From the human T2T-CHM13v2.0 reference genome, Homo sapiens: a stretch of DNA of 64,000 nt. The stretch lies in the NCBI RefSeq assembly GCF_009914755.1, contig NC_060936.1. The stretch is one strand, 5' to 3'. Position 1 is the stretch's first letter. Each line of letters begins with the position of its first letter. Shown one piece after another: positions 40,685 to 54,630 of this stretch. The notes under the pieces were generated by a model, which saw only the letters and a list, made by a program, of their open reading frames with translations, did not search any database and was not told the origin of the DNA. The position numbers and the translations under genes are program-made.

Positions 40685-41482
40685 CTTTTTTTCATCAACT
40701 TTTATTTTAAGTTGCGGGGTACATGTGCAGGATGTGCAGGTTTCTTACATAGGTAAACTTGTGCCATAGTGATTTGCTGCACAGATCAACCCATCACCTA
40801 AGTATCAAGCCCAATAGGCATTACCTATCCTTCCTGATGCTCTTCCCCTACCCTGACAGGCCCTAGTGTATGTTGTTCCCTGCAGTGTGTCCACATGTTC
40901 TCATCTTTCAGCTCCCACTTATATGTGAGAACATGTGGTGTTTGGTTCTCTATTCCTGCATTGGTTTGCTGAGGATAATGTCTTCCAGCACCACCCTTGC
41001 CCTTGCAAAGGACATGATCTCATTCTTTTTTATGGCTGCATAGTATTCCATGGTGTACATGTACTACATTTTCTTTATCCAGTCTATCATTGCTGGGCAT
41101 TTGGGTTAATTCCATGTCTTTGCTATTGTGAATAGTGCTGCAATGAGCATACCTATGCATGTATCTTTATAATAGAATGATTTACATTCCTTTGGGTATA
41201 TACCCAGTAATGGGATTATTGTGTCAAATGGTATTTCTGCTTCTAGATCTTTGAGGAATCACCAGACTGTCTTCCACAATGGTTGAACTAATTTACATTC
41301 CCACCAACAGTGTAAAAGCATTCTTATTTCACTGCAACCTCACCAGTATCTGTTATTTCTTGACTTTTTAATAATTGCCATTATTGCTGACATGAGATGG
41401 TATCTCATTGTGGTTTTGATTTGCATTTCTCTAATGATCAGTGATGTTGAGCTTTTTTCACGTTTGTTGGCCACATGAATAT
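40685..41482 (-). mobile_element. 5'-truncated L1PA 3' end
   Basis: Antisense L1 3'UTR and ORF2 tail; 15-bp TSD acaaagctgagtttt (40670-40684, 41483-41497). Confidence 0.95.
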
Positions 41483-41793
41483 ACAAAGCTGAGTTTTTTG
41501 CTGGCAAGAGAGATCACTATCTTGTTAGAGTTTTAATATTATTTTTTATGAAGAGAAGGAGGAGACAAGATATTTATAAGGTTTGCAGGCATAGTTTAAG
41601 AAGGAGCTTTCAATGTGAGGAATGAATAGAGCTGAGTAAGAATTACAATATAATACTTTAGAATAGGGAGAGGAAGCAAGATAAGAGTTATGAGGTGAGA
41701 ATTTTGAAGGATCTTGGATGGTAAACAGTCATTTGATGTTCATTTAATCTTTTTTTGTGAATTCCGAAAAAAATTTATTTAATACATATTTTT

Positions 41794-42410
41794 GGTCAGG
41801 CATGCTGGCTCATGCCTGTAATCCTAACACTTCGGGAATCAGACGGATCACTTGAGCCCAGGAGTTCAAGACCATGCTGGGCAATATGGTGAAACCCTGT
41901 GATATGGGTTGGCTTTGTCCTCACCCAAATCTCATCTTGAACTGTAGCTCCCATAATTCCCACATGTTGTGGGAGAGTCCCCAGGAGGAAATAATTGAAT
42001 CACAGGGGCAGTTCCCCCGTACTGTTTTTGTGGTAGTGAACAAGTCTCATGAGAGCTGATGGTTTTATAAGGGGATTCCCCTTTCACTTGGCTCTCATTC
42101 TCTCTTTCCTGCCGCCATGTAAGATGTGCCTTTGCCTTCCACCATGGTTGTGAGGCCTCTCCAGCCATGTGGAACTGTGAGTCCATTAAACCTCTTTTTC
42201 TTTATAAATTACCCAGTCTCAAGTATATCTTTATCAGCAGCATGAAAACGGACTAATATACCCTGACTCTACAAAGAAATACAAAAACTAGCTGGGTGGG
42301 ATGGCAGGTGCCTGTAGTCCCAGCTACTTGAGAGGCTGAGGTGGGAAGATTGTCTGAGCCCAAGAGGTTGAGCCTCCGGTCAACCCTGTCTTAAAAATAA
42401 CAACAACAAC
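41794..42410 (+). mobile_element. AluJ-like SINE split by a THE1 LTR
   Basis: Left arm to gtgaaaccctg (41899) resumes as actctacaaa after 42265. Confidence 0.85.
41900..42260 (+). mobile_element. THE1 (MaLR) solo LTR
   Basis: tgatatgg...ggactaatata; 5-bp TSD ccctg on both sides. Confidence 0.95.
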
Positions 42411-45193
42411 ACAAGACATTTTTCTTCTGGGCAAGAGCTTTCTGGAATTGTAAAGCCACGTTAATATAGACGATAAGCTGTATGGGTGTAGAAAGATTTC
42501 AATTCGTAGTATGCCTTGTAGGAAATTGTGATCATATTGTATATATAATTTTGTATATTATGTTATTTTAATTTATTTTATGCCATTTTCTATGTTGTGT
42601 GTATCTACTGCAAACTCTATAGGTAAAAGCTATGAAGTTTCATGTTTTGAACTTACCTAAATTGAATTAATGATTCTACTGAGCCCATTTCAGTTATTCC
42701 TTATTTTGACTTATACAGACAACAGATGAATTTACTTGCACACAAGAATAATTCTGAATATGGGATTGTTTCCTGTAGATAGAAGCATGTGAGGTAAAAT
42801 ATGAGATAAAAGGATTATAGCCACATCTTAACTCCAAAGAGGCTATAAGTGGTTTGATTTTGTTTGTTTCCAGATAAACTCCACTCACATAAGTCAAGCC
42901 ATCTTAGTGGGTAACTTCATTCAAGTCACTATGGGTATATTATTTTTTCTTTTATTTTCATCCACAAAATAATCCAGACTTTCTGCCCAATGAAGGAAAA
43001 ATAAATACAAGGCAGACATTTAGAGGTCTTGGCAAATATGAGTTTGATATTCTCTATGACTCCAAATGATTAGAATCTTAAAAGCTGGTATTATTATGCA
43101 ATGCTTTTCTCAGAAAACAAATATTTGCATTTTCAATCCCAGTCAAAAATGATATACCAAGGAAATCTGCTGACTTTCTCCAGCTCTCACAACTCTTCCA
43201 CACCAAAATCAAAAATAAAACACCTAAGTTTTAAAAAAAATCTTCTTAAGTTAAACTTCTTCAACTTTACTTACACATGGTACCTAAAGTAGGTTACTGT
43301 GAAGCTTTAGAGAAAAATTCATGTAAATATCCAGACCATATTTGGTGCTGAGTTAATGGGAATACAGTACAAAGCTGCATCTGTCTCAAAGCACAGATCA
43401 AATTTCACCTCCTACTGGAACCATTCTCTGAGCCATGAGACATCTTCTCTTAGAATCTTAGAGCATGTTTTATACTCATCATACTTTTTCCTCTATTAAA
43501 GTTATTCGTATGTGTGAATAGTCTCCATTGGACTATGAAACTCTGGAATTCCTGAATCATTTCTTATTTTATTCACATTTGCATCCCCAGCACCTCACAG
43601 GATTTGAACAAATAGATATGTGTTGAATGGGATATAATTTTGGATTATCAGGTGATTGGCATTTTCTGCATCACTGCTCCCAACCATCAGTGTGCCTGAT
43701 CCTGACTTTATTGATAACCCGATGTACTGTTGCATCAGTAAGTCTTAATTATGTAGCCTCAGGCATCCCAGTATGAGAGCAACTTCACTAAACAGTACTG
43801 TTCTCACTGACTTCGGTGACTTCAAAGGCTTTCCTTGAGGGGATAGCAGGAATTAAGTTGAGTGAGCGTGGGGGAGAGCAGGGAAAATAGAGGCCTCCAG
43901 CTAGGGATGAAGTGGGCTGAAGTGGGGAAAGGGAAGTTTACCTAAATCTTCCACAGCTCTCTTAGAAACTGCCCACAGGGAAGAGAAAAGGGAGGGGGTG
44001 ATGGCTGGGGGCCAGAGTGGGGATGGTGAAAGGCTGACAGATGGAGTGCTCCCTTTGAGGGCTCTCTAAGGACCAACCGTTGCACAGCCACACAATGTAC
44101 AGAAGTAAATCAAATCGAGGAACATGTGCACTAAAGAAGAAGAAAGAAGGGAGGGGGAAGAGGGCACACAGTAGGGAGGGGGCTGCGAGGGAGGTGGAGA
44201 TACCCAAAAGCCTGAAGAAGAGAGAGTGAAGGGAGTTAGTTAGGGAGAGGGGAAAGAAGCTCATAGATCCGGAGGCCTGCATTTTTCTGGAGCCGTCTGG
44301 GAGAAAAGGGGAAGATGTGGACAGGGAGGGCAGATCTATCATATCTTAAGGCCTCAGGGAACTTGATTGGGCATTTCATCCATTCTTAAGCGCAAGATAA
44401 AATCCTTAATGCCACAAATAAATAACTATACATGAGTGTGGACAGGCGAAGACTCCACCAGCACCCTTAATAATAGGGAGCAACATCTCCCCGCAAATTA
44501 CCACAGGAGGTTCCTAGAGGATAGTGCAGTGGTTTAAGCCTGGCCACAGCTGGTACCCACAGGAAATATTCAGAGCCTCAATTTAGCTATTAAAGACATT
44601 AAATCTCTTTCAGCCTGGGGGAAAACAACTCTCACCCTTAAAGCTGGATTTGGGCTTCTAACTCCTGGATTCATCTGGGTGAAGGTAGGAGTGGGGGCTG
44701 AATATAAAGAGAATATTTTTTCACTGAGTCATTGGATAGGGTAAAGAGAGCTTGGTTTTGTTTTTGCCTTTTTACTTCCCCTCCTTCACCTTACTTTTCC
44801 AATTCTCATTTTAATCATCTTTCATTTGTTAAACCCTGAGCCCCCAATATCTCTATACTCCTCTAACCCCCTTCTTCATGATCCTTTTCAGCCTAGTGAG
44901 GATGAGACAGAGGTTTTTCCTTTAATGATGGAGTTAACTAGGATGAACCAGGGAGCGTTATGGTCCTAAAGTCAAGGAATGGGTAAGTTTGGTACTTCAA
45001 TGCACGGTGTGAGTGGGGGACAATACAATATACATATGAGCTGTGGTATTTTAAAAGTAAATGAAGCTCTAAAAATAATTAATAGGCATTAGTTGATCTA
45101 TAACAGGTGGTAACTATGACTGTGCTAAGCAAACCAGAACTCATTGTCACCCTGGATGTGACTAAATTGTCACGTAACCATATAGTTGTGTAT

Positions 45194-45277
45194 TCTCTCT
45201 CTCTCTCTCTCTCTTCCTCTCTCTCTCTTTCTCTCTTTCTCTCTCTCTCTCTCTCGTGTGTGTGTGTGTGTGTGTGT
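45194..45277. repeat. (CT)n(GT)n compound microsatellite
   Basis: Directly visible. Confidence 0.95.
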
Positions 45278-46932
45278 TTGCGGAGAGGGCAGGGGTGGGT
45301 TGTGGAAACTATTCAACTTGCCATGGAGAATCTCCCTTTATGGTAACTCCCTGGGACCATTACTTCCCTTTATCTAACCAATGTTACTCCTTGGAGGAGA
45401 CGGGATTTTGGAATGGGGCATTAACTTATTTAATTTTTATTAAAATCTATCCTTCCAGTGCTTAAGAATAAAGGGAATAGAAAAATAATAAAAATAAATA
45501 AAAGAGGCATAGAAATAAGCAGGCTTTCAAAGTACAGCATTTATTTCCCGGTTGTGTGATCTTGAACAAGTTACTTGTCCTTTCTGTTTTGTTCACTGAT
45601 ACATCCCCAGTGCCTATTGCGCATAGAAAGCACTCAAATCTTTATTGAATGGATGAATTAATGGACCTCATTCTCCTCATCTCTTAATAAAAGTGATAAA
45701 ATAGCACCCATCCTAAAGAGTTGTTGCAGCAATTACATGAGGTAATTCAGGTAATTAGATGAGGTAATGCTCTCAACTCAATGCAAAAAACTCAGAAAAT
45801 TCTGGTTATATGTATTTCTAAGGGAGATGATAATATATGCAGACTACTGATACGACAATCGTATGGTACAGACCCTTAGAAAATGTCAGTTTCTTCATCT
45901 ATATTTATCCATTTTCCCACCCTAAAATTCTGGTATCTTAAAATACTTACTTTTGAACCCCAAAGGGCTAGTACAGCTTTGTGTGGCATGTGTTGCCTCT
46001 GTTTCCTGACTCCCTGCCATCCTAGTTCATACCAGCATTAATGAGTCTAGAAGTTAAAGTAGTTGTAGCTGAGAGAATAGGAGGGCAGGAACAAGGGCAA
46101 AGTGAGAATTTCAACTAGACCTTGTGGTAAAAGAATCATTTATAGTAGAAGCAAAATGTCAGAGTTGAAGAACTGGGCTATGTGAATGTTTCTTGTATTC
46201 TTTTGCTATTTTTGATTCTTAAAGTTAGTGGAACAATGAGAAAACTCCACCTGGAAGCTGAGTCTCAGGCTGGTGAACAGAATATGGCTTGCTTTTACAA
46301 TCAGCTCCCATAAGGTTCTCCTTTCAACACTCTAATTGGCTCAAATCTTAAAGGGTTTAGTATTCTATTTTCATGAGACAGGTTATTCTTTACACTCTAT
46401 ATTCATGATTTAGAGTCTTCAGACATGAGATTAAGGAAAGGTAGGGCTCAGGGAAGAGCCCATGAGTGGGAGGATATGTTTCTTATTGTAAGAGCTTCTA
46501 GGGACCAAGATACTACCATCCCCTCATGTTGCATTGTGAGCTGTGGTAGTGAAAAATCTTTCCTAAAATTGAATCTCCAGCAAGCATATTGTGGGCAAAA
46601 TACGGCTCTTCTGAACATATTCTGGACAATGGGGAATCAAATGGGGATGCCATTTCACCAGCTGCTTCAGGATGAGTCAACAGAAGAACTACTGATAATC
46701 ATTTTACTTTCAGTGTCTCTCCTAGAGCAACCAGAGAATAGATTCTGGACTTATACTTAACTATCCATTACCTGCTTTAGGATGGCAATATAGTGTAGTG
46801 GAGGTAGACTGCTTATATCCAAATCCCAGTACCGTAGGATTTGGATACAAGTGCTATGATGTTGAGCAAACAATTTTCTCTGTATCCCATTAATTCATTT
46901 ATAAAACAGAGATAATAATAATAATACCTACC

Positions 46933-49174
46933 TGATATGGTTTGGCTGTGTCCCCATCCAAATCTCATCTTGAATTCCCACATGTTGTGGCGGGGACCCG
47001 GTGGGAGGTAATTGAATCATGGTGGCAGGTCTTTCCCATGCTTTTCTTGTGACAGTGAATAAGTCTCAGGAGATCTCATGGTTTAAAAATGGCAGTTTCC
47101 CTGCAGAAGCCCTCTCTTTCTGTCTGCTGCCACCCATGTAAGACGTGACTTGCTCCTCTTTTCCTTCCATCATGATTGTGAGGCCTCCCCAGCCAAATGG
47201 AGCTGTGAGCCAATTAAACCTCTTTCTTTTATAAATTGCCCACTCTCAGGTATCTCTTTATCAGCAGTGTGAAAATGGACTAAATACAGTAAATTGGTAC
47301 CAGTAGAGTGGGGTGCTGCTGAAAAGATGCCTGAAAATGTGGAAGCAACTTTGGAACTGGGTAACAGGCAGGGATTAGAACAGTTTAGAGGGCTCAGAAG
47401 AAGACAGGAAAATGTGGGGAAGCTTGAAACTCCCTAGAGACTTGTTGAATGGCTTTGACCCAAGTGCTGATAATGATATGGACAATGAAATCCAGGCTGA
47501 GGTGGTCTCAGATGGAGATGAAGAACTTTTTGGGAACTGGAGCAAAGGTGACTCTTGTTATGTTTTGGCAAAGAGACTGGCAGCATTTTTCCCCGGCGCT
47601 GGAGATTTGTAGAACTTTGAACTTGAGAGAGGTGACTTAGGGTATCTGGCAGAAGAAATTTCTAAGCAGCAAAGCATTGAAGAGGTGACTTGGGTGCTGT
47701 TAAAGGCATTTAGTTTTAAAAGGGAAATGCAGCATAAAAGTTTGGAAAATTTGCAGCCTGACAATGCAACAGAAAAGAAAATCTCATTTTCTGAGAAGAA
47801 ATTCAAGCTGGCTGCATAAATTTGCATAAATAATGAAGAGCCAAATGTTAATCACCAAAACAATGGGGCAAATGTCTCTAGAGCATGTCAGAGACCTTTG
47901 CAGCAGCCCCTCCCATCACAGGCCCAGAGGTTTAGAAGGAAAAAGTGTTTTTTTTGAGCTGGGCCTAAGGTCCCCATGATGTTTGCAGCCTAGGGACTTG
48001 GTGCCCTGTGTCCCACCTGCTCCAGATGGGGCCGAAAGGGGCCAATGTAGAGTTCAGGCCATGGATTCAGAGGATGCAAGCCCCAAACCTTGGCAGCTTC
48101 CATGTGGTGTTAAGCCTGTGAATGTACAGCAGTCAAGAATTGGGGGTTGGGAACCTCTGCCTAGATTTCAGAGGATGTATGAAAATGCCTGGATGCCCAG
48201 GCAGAAGTGTGCTGCAGGGGTGGGGCCCTCATGGAGAACCCCTGCTAGGGCAGTGTGAAGGGGAAATGTGGGGCAGAGCATCCACATTGGGTCCCTACTG
48301 GGGCACTGCCTAGTGGAGCTGAGGAAAGAGTCACTGTCCTCCAAACTCCAGAATGGTAGATTCACTGACAGCTTGCACCATGTGACTGGGAGAGCTGCAG
48401 ACACTTAATGCCAGGCTGGGAAAGCAGCCAGTAGGGGGGCTATAGCCTGCAAAGTCACAGAGCTGCCCACTTGCATCAGCGTGACCTCGACCTGAGACAT
48501 GGAGTCAAAAGAGATCATTTTGGAGCTTTAGTATTTGACTGACCTGCTGGATTTTGCATGGGTCCTGCAGCCCCTTTGATTTGGCTAATTTCTCCCATTT
48601 GGAATGGTTGTATTTACCCAATGCCTGTACCCCCATTGTATCTAGGAAGTAACTAACTTACTTTTGATTTTGCAGGCTTTCAGATGGAAAGGACTTGCCT
48701 TGTCTTCAATGAGACTTTGGACTGTGGACTTTTGAGTTAATGCAAAAATGAGTTAAGTCTTTGGGGGACTGTTGGAAAGGCATGATTGGTTTTGAAATGT
48801 GAAGACATGAAATTTTGGAGGGGCCGGGGTAGAATGATATGATTTGGCTGTGTCCCCACCCAAATCTCGTCTTGAATTCCCACGTGTTGTGGGAAGGATC
48901 CAGTGGAAGGTAATTGAGTCATGGGGGCAGGTTTTCCCCATGCTGTTCTCATTGATATTGAGTCTCAGTAGATCCGATGGTTTTAAAAATGGGAGTTTCC
49001 CTGCCCAAGCCCTCTTCTCTTATCTGCTTCCATGTGAGACATGCCTTTCACCTTCCCTCATGATTGTGAGGTCTTCCCACACATGTGGAACTGTAAGTCC
49101 ATTAAATCTCTTTCTTTTGTAAATTGCCCAGTCTCAGGTATGTATTTATCAGCAGTGTGAAAACAACTAATACA
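46933..49174 (+). mobile_element. Complete THE1 (THE1A-like) MaLR element: 5'LTR 46933-47288, internal 47289-48834, 3'LTR 48835-49174, inserted in a MIR
   Basis: Two direct LTRs (tgatatg...aataca), THE1-int start gtaaattggtaccag, polypurine tract before 3'LTR, 5-bp TSD ctacc. Confidence 0.95.
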
Positions 49175-50629
49175 CTACCTCATAAGGTGGTGCAATGATA
49201 AAATGATACATGAAAACACTTTTAATAGCATTTGACACATGGTAAGTGTTCTGTAAGGATTAGCTACAATTTTTACTGTTAATAATTAGTTTCTTCTCAC
49301 TGGCTTCTACCTCCCTCAATTGATGAGTGCTTAGGAGAGATGGCATGACTAGAGCACAGGCCTAATGGAGCAGACCACCCAAAGCTACCATGCATGCAAG
49401 GAAACTGAACTTAATAGAGCTTTGACTTTAATCTGAGAATGCTCAGTGTAGTGCTCTGTTTGGTCCTTCCAGAACACTGAATGCACCTTGAGGATGGTAT
49501 TTGGTTTTCATAATCTCTTTATCCTATTATTTTTGCAGTGGTATAAATTAAGTCTGCATTCTCAGGAAATTCTCACTGCCCTCCATCAGATATTTGTCAG
49601 AACTTAAGAGAGTCCTGATTGAAGCCTTTTAAATTCAACTTAAAGTTTGCTCCTAAGACTGGGCAAGTGTTCCTGGGGCTGAGTGTATAAGGGGAGAGTT
49701 GGTGGAAGCCAGTGTGGTAATCTTTTCATGAAAGAGTCATATCAGCTTATATATATATTCCAGTGATTGGTGATGTAGGGGGTGGCTATCAGATCCTTTC
49801 CTGAAAATAAATTTGGCTATGAGTGGGGAATAGGATTTTAAAGATAGCATATTTTAATTATGTTTTAAAATCAATTTCGCATTCACAAGTTACATATGAA
49901 TAGATTATACTTGTGTAAAAAAAAAAACAATTTCCCTCAATAACTACCTGATCTCAATGTATTTCATGCCAGTTCTGAGATTTCCTGAGATAAAGACCCA
50001 CTGTTCTCAGTTCGTGTGTGTGTATATGTGTATCTGTAAATTATATGTATTGTTTGATGCATGTGTATACATTAAAAAAATAAGTATATCATATTGAACC
50101 TATAGTTCTATAATGGTTTTATATTTCCCCCTAAGCATGTTAGTATATGTGGTATATTTTTGTTAGTATAGATAAATGGCATATCTTACTTTGGCTAAAC
50201 CACTGGTCACTTAATGTATTGATAATAAACTTTTTCATTATTAAAAACAATGCTGCAATTAATATCTCTGATACATAATAGCTCCCTGGGCACATTATGT
50301 TAGAAAGTCAGACACAGAGAAGAGGTTTTAGGTATATTTGTATATTTAGTTTACTGCCTCTTCCACTACACTGAAAGTTGGTTAGGAATGAGAAGTCTTA
50401 CAGCGCTCTGTAGTCCCAGAATCTTGCACGGTGCCTGGGACTTTATATAGGCATAAAATGCATTTGTGGGGTAAATTAATAGTGTGGTCATTATTATAAT
50501 AAAGGAATACTTGGATTGAGATAGGAGCACAAAAACAGGGCCTTTTTAAGGAGATCCTGATAATAGCTTTTCTTTGATTTCTAAGACATACAAATTTGAT
50601 TTAAATGTTTAAGATAAAATACCAATAAT

Positions 50630-50830
50630 AACTATCATTTATTGAGCACTTGCTAAGTGCCAGACTGTATACTAGGTACTTTGCATGTATTATTTCATAC
50701 ATATTTATCAGAGCAAGTTCATTGAATAAGCAGTATTACCTCCAGCTTACAGGTAGAAGAACTGAGGCCCAGTGAGATAAATAACTTGTCTGAAGTCACG
50801 TGGTTAATAAATGTCAATGTTATGATTCAA
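50630..50830 (-). mobile_element. MIR
   Basis: atttattgagcacttgctaagtgccag...gaagaactgaggcccag..aacttgtctgaagtcac. Confidence 0.75.
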
Positions 50831-51899
50831 GGATTCCATTGAATCCTAGAGGACCTTGCTCTTAGGAATTAGATATGGCAAGTGCAGAAATGGACGCTGG
50901 AGGATGGTACAGAGCTTTTAAAGGTAGAGAAGTTTCCCCAGCAGATCTGAACAAATTCAGGCAGTTTTGTGTAGCTAAAAACTACATAATGAATGAGCCA
51001 CTCTGTATACCCTGTGAATGCCCATATGTATAGCTCTTGAATGAATGTGGTGTGAGAAGGTTGAATCAAGTGTTCTTCTCAACAGGGACCAGTAATCTAG
51101 ATGGAAAGAGGACACCCAAATTTATTACCTGGTTTCTAGACCCACTTTTGCCATTAACCTAATATATTGCTTTATTCAAACCTGGGGACTCTGTCTCCAT
51201 ACCTTTGAATGGGCCAGTATTATTCACCCTCAAAAAAGAATTGTGACACTTAACTATGTTATATCATTGAGTATCAGAGCTGGAAGGATTCTGAGAGATC
51301 ATAACCCAAGCTGATCATTGCCTAATGAGGAATGTGAGGCCAGAGAAGTTAGATAACTCATCACAGCCACACAGAGGCAGACTAAGATTTAGAGCCCAGG
51401 ATTCCTTAGTCCTAAGCTTTTCCCCGACCCCACTTCACTACGGAGTTTTTGAAAAGAATGAAGCACTTCACTTTGCTACTGTAAGGGAAGGTTATTGAAT
51501 CTCCCTGATGCTATTCTCCAAACTATTCATAAACCCAACTGACACCTCTGTGTTTTTCTCTAGTCGTTATGCAGGAGAGGTTCATGTCACAAATCACTTT
51601 TTGTTTTAACCTGTTTCACAATTATTTTTGAACCTGTATTATTTCCCTACTGGAACGCTGAACTTCTCGAGGTCAAGGACTATGTTTTATTTACCTTCTC
51701 CCCCAGCCCTCACCCCATCCCAACCCCATCCCAGGCCCCAGTGCCTAAAACTTGGAGAGCAACTTTAGGTTCTGCTCAAGTCTAACCTGAAGATGGGCAG
51801 CCCGAATCATTTCTTCCTTGGAAGTCCACCTTCTTGCTCGCTACAGTTCCTGATATATGTCCCTGGACTCCATTTGTTGGTCGCATTTGATTTTAATTC

Positions 51900-52420
51900 A
51901 GCAGAAGCTAGTGATCTCCGATGGGAAGGTGAGAAGGAGAGACATCTGGGGACCATCAGCAACAGGATCCGTGGCTTGAGGCTTAGCACCCTGGGGCCTA
52001 ATGTCAGACATTGGTTTCAGGTCTTCAGTGTCTGACTGAAGAAGGCAGTTTCTACCCCGCTTAGGGGCCCACAGGCAGGTCTCCTTTGGGGGTCAGGATT
52101 ACTGGGAATACTAATTAATTCATTAGTGGGGTTGATGGATTATCAGGCTGTCTCCTGGCAAAGGGTCCTTGGGGGAGGGGGGGAACAGATTGCTGCTCAT
52201 AAATCTGCCTGTTGCCTCCCCTCTCTCTGCTTCAATGGCTCCCGGGCGTTAGGCCTGTGGGCCAGCAACTGAGTACTGGTCTCCTTTTCCCCACTCAGCA
52301 GATGGTTCTTACAGGTTAGCTCAGAGCTTTATAAAAAGCAGCAGAGAAAGAAGGAAGGGCTGGGGATTGGCCCTCTGGCCCAGGAACCATGTGGGGGGAG
52401 GAGAATGCATGCAAATGCCT
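51900..52420. promoter_or_regulatory. Candidate NEUROD4 upstream enhancer
   Basis: CATCTG 51943, GGATTA 52096 and 52137, TAATTAATT 52112, CAGATG 52299, TATAAAAAG 52330, ATGCAAAT 52409; no repeat recognised. Confidence 0.4.
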
Positions 52421-54459
52421 TGTATTCTCCTTTCCTAGGGCAGTCACCACCCCTTTTCCTTTGCTGACAGCACACACCCCTCCTGCCCCTTCCTGCCCTC
52501 TCAAAGTTGAACAGCCAACTGTACAACTGTCAATGAGTTGTGACGAGGGTGACCCTGATGAAATAGATTCAACCCATCCCTCTGCAAAAAGCAGCTCTTA
52601 AAGAAAATTTGGCATTCACAACTCCCTCCCCATTCTTCAGGGGTGTGCACGTTCATGTACGCTTGTGTATGTGTGTGTGTGCACTCACATACACACACAC
52701 ACACGAATGTATTTTGAAGGCTAATCCTATTGTGTCCAGTCCCTTACATCTGTCAGAGAAAGCAAGGAATCCTGCAGAATGTTTTATCCCCACCCTCATC
52801 TTTGTCTCAATATGTTCACCTTTCTGCTAATCTGCTATTACTCCCTGCCCCTGAAAATTTCACAGGCATCAGTGCCATCAACTTCTAAATATCCATGGAC
52901 AGGGCTTTGAAGACACAAAGCAGGAGATCAATTCATTCAGTAAGCGCTCATTGAACAATGATTAAGCACCTCTATCCTAGACATAAATTACCTCATAGAT
53001 AAATTTCCTGTGGCCGAGGAGTGAATTCTGATTTGTTTTTTAGAGATCTGCTATTCCCATCATGTGTTGTTTAATTATTCTGAAAATGAAGTTTATTTTC
53101 CTGAGCAGATATTTTTCTGGATAGGGATACAAATAAAGATAAGTAAGAGATTAAAGAGCTGCTGAAAATAAATAACTTCCCATGAAAACTGAAAAAAGTG
53201 TTAATTTTTATTTTCTTGTTTTCTGTGAAAAACAAGAGTCATATGACACATATCAGAATTAAAAATAACTATTTTCAAACTTAAGATACTCTTTTCAACT
53301 TTATGAGCAGTGAAACTATCTTTTGTTTCAGCCCTCTACAGTTTTCCTTGCACACAGGCATATTAATAGTTTTTCATTTCTGTTTGACGCATGTGCTAGT
53401 TATGTTGTTAGACCACGCGATTCTCAAAAAGCTGGGGATACTCTGGTTTCTTTTCAGATTGTATAAATGTTTTGCCTTTTGCCAAAACGCCTGAGGAATT
53501 ATCCTTCAAGTCAATTTCTAAAAGAAGTTGAACTTGGATTCGTAACTCTATCAGGCTACTGATGGAAAAACTCATTTTACAGATATGAAAACTGATGCCC
53601 AGAGTGAAGTTGACTTATTCAAGATCATTCAGCCAATTGCTTAATCTGAGCACCTTTCTTTTTCCTTCTTGGAAACACAAGATGATTAGAAAATCTTTGG
53701 TATCTTAAGTTCACAATCATTTATTTTTCCTTGGTGTAGTTTTAAATAAGATAGTATGAATATCTATATACTTAAATTATTCCAGATGTAGTTTTCTTTC
53801 TGTCTTCTAGCAATTTAATTCAACCTCCTAATACCAAAGGAGTTTTAGGAATTATTATGAGCCTTCTCTTCTTCTAAGCTTATTACTACTCAGGTGGACT
53901 TTTTCTACGTGAATGCTTAATGATGTATTTTTGAAAAACAATAGTAGATCTCAGTTTGTAACTCAAGGAACTAACTGCCCTTAAAATGAAGGATTTTATT
54001 AATTTCCTTTTTGTTTTTATAAATTTAAAGTGATCAGAAAGTTGAAAGAATAGCACAACAAATATAGCTTCACCTAAATTCACAAATTAAAAGTTTTAAT
54101 GAGAGTAGCTTTGACGTGCTGAAAAGGTGGGAGAGACATACTTCTTCCTTCTACTTTTAGAACGCTGAAGTTTATAAGCCAAAGACCCCAGTCCACATGT
54201 GTAAGGAAGCAGCCACTGATGCTGTGTCCTTGACACGCATCTTTCTCACCTTTTGATTCTTTTCAGACGTGGGTCAGCAGCGTCATCTGCCCTTTTTAGC
54301 TCTCTCTCCAAGTCTATCCCCAATTTTCTTTCTCCATTCTGTCCACACTACTCCGCTCCCATTTCTTATCTTTTTAATCACAAAGGTTTCCAGTCCTCTT
54401 TTTCTTTACTCCTTAACTTCAGCAACTCTCCTCCCCTGCTCCCCTTCCACCAACCCCCA

Positions 54460-54630
54460 TCTCTATTTAAACAAACAAACGGGCGGCAAAACTGGACCTG
54501 GCCGGAGGAGCCTTTCAAGTGGGCGTGTCTTTCGGCTGGGGAAAAGGGAGGAGTTAGACTCTGGGCAACATCACTCCTCCCTGGTCAGCTGGGAGAGCAA
54601 TCAAAACTGCAGCAAGTCAGAGGCTCCGGC
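54460..54630 (+). promoter_or_regulatory. NEUROD4: NEUROD4 promoter region
   Basis: GC boxes GGGCGG 54481 and GGGCGT 54521, E-box CAGCTG 54586, local CpG enrichment upstream of the exon 1 donor. Confidence 0.6.

Noticed and set aside
47412-48404. ORFs within the THE1 internal region
   Set aside because: Fragmented remnants of the MaLR internal sequence; no intact coding capacity
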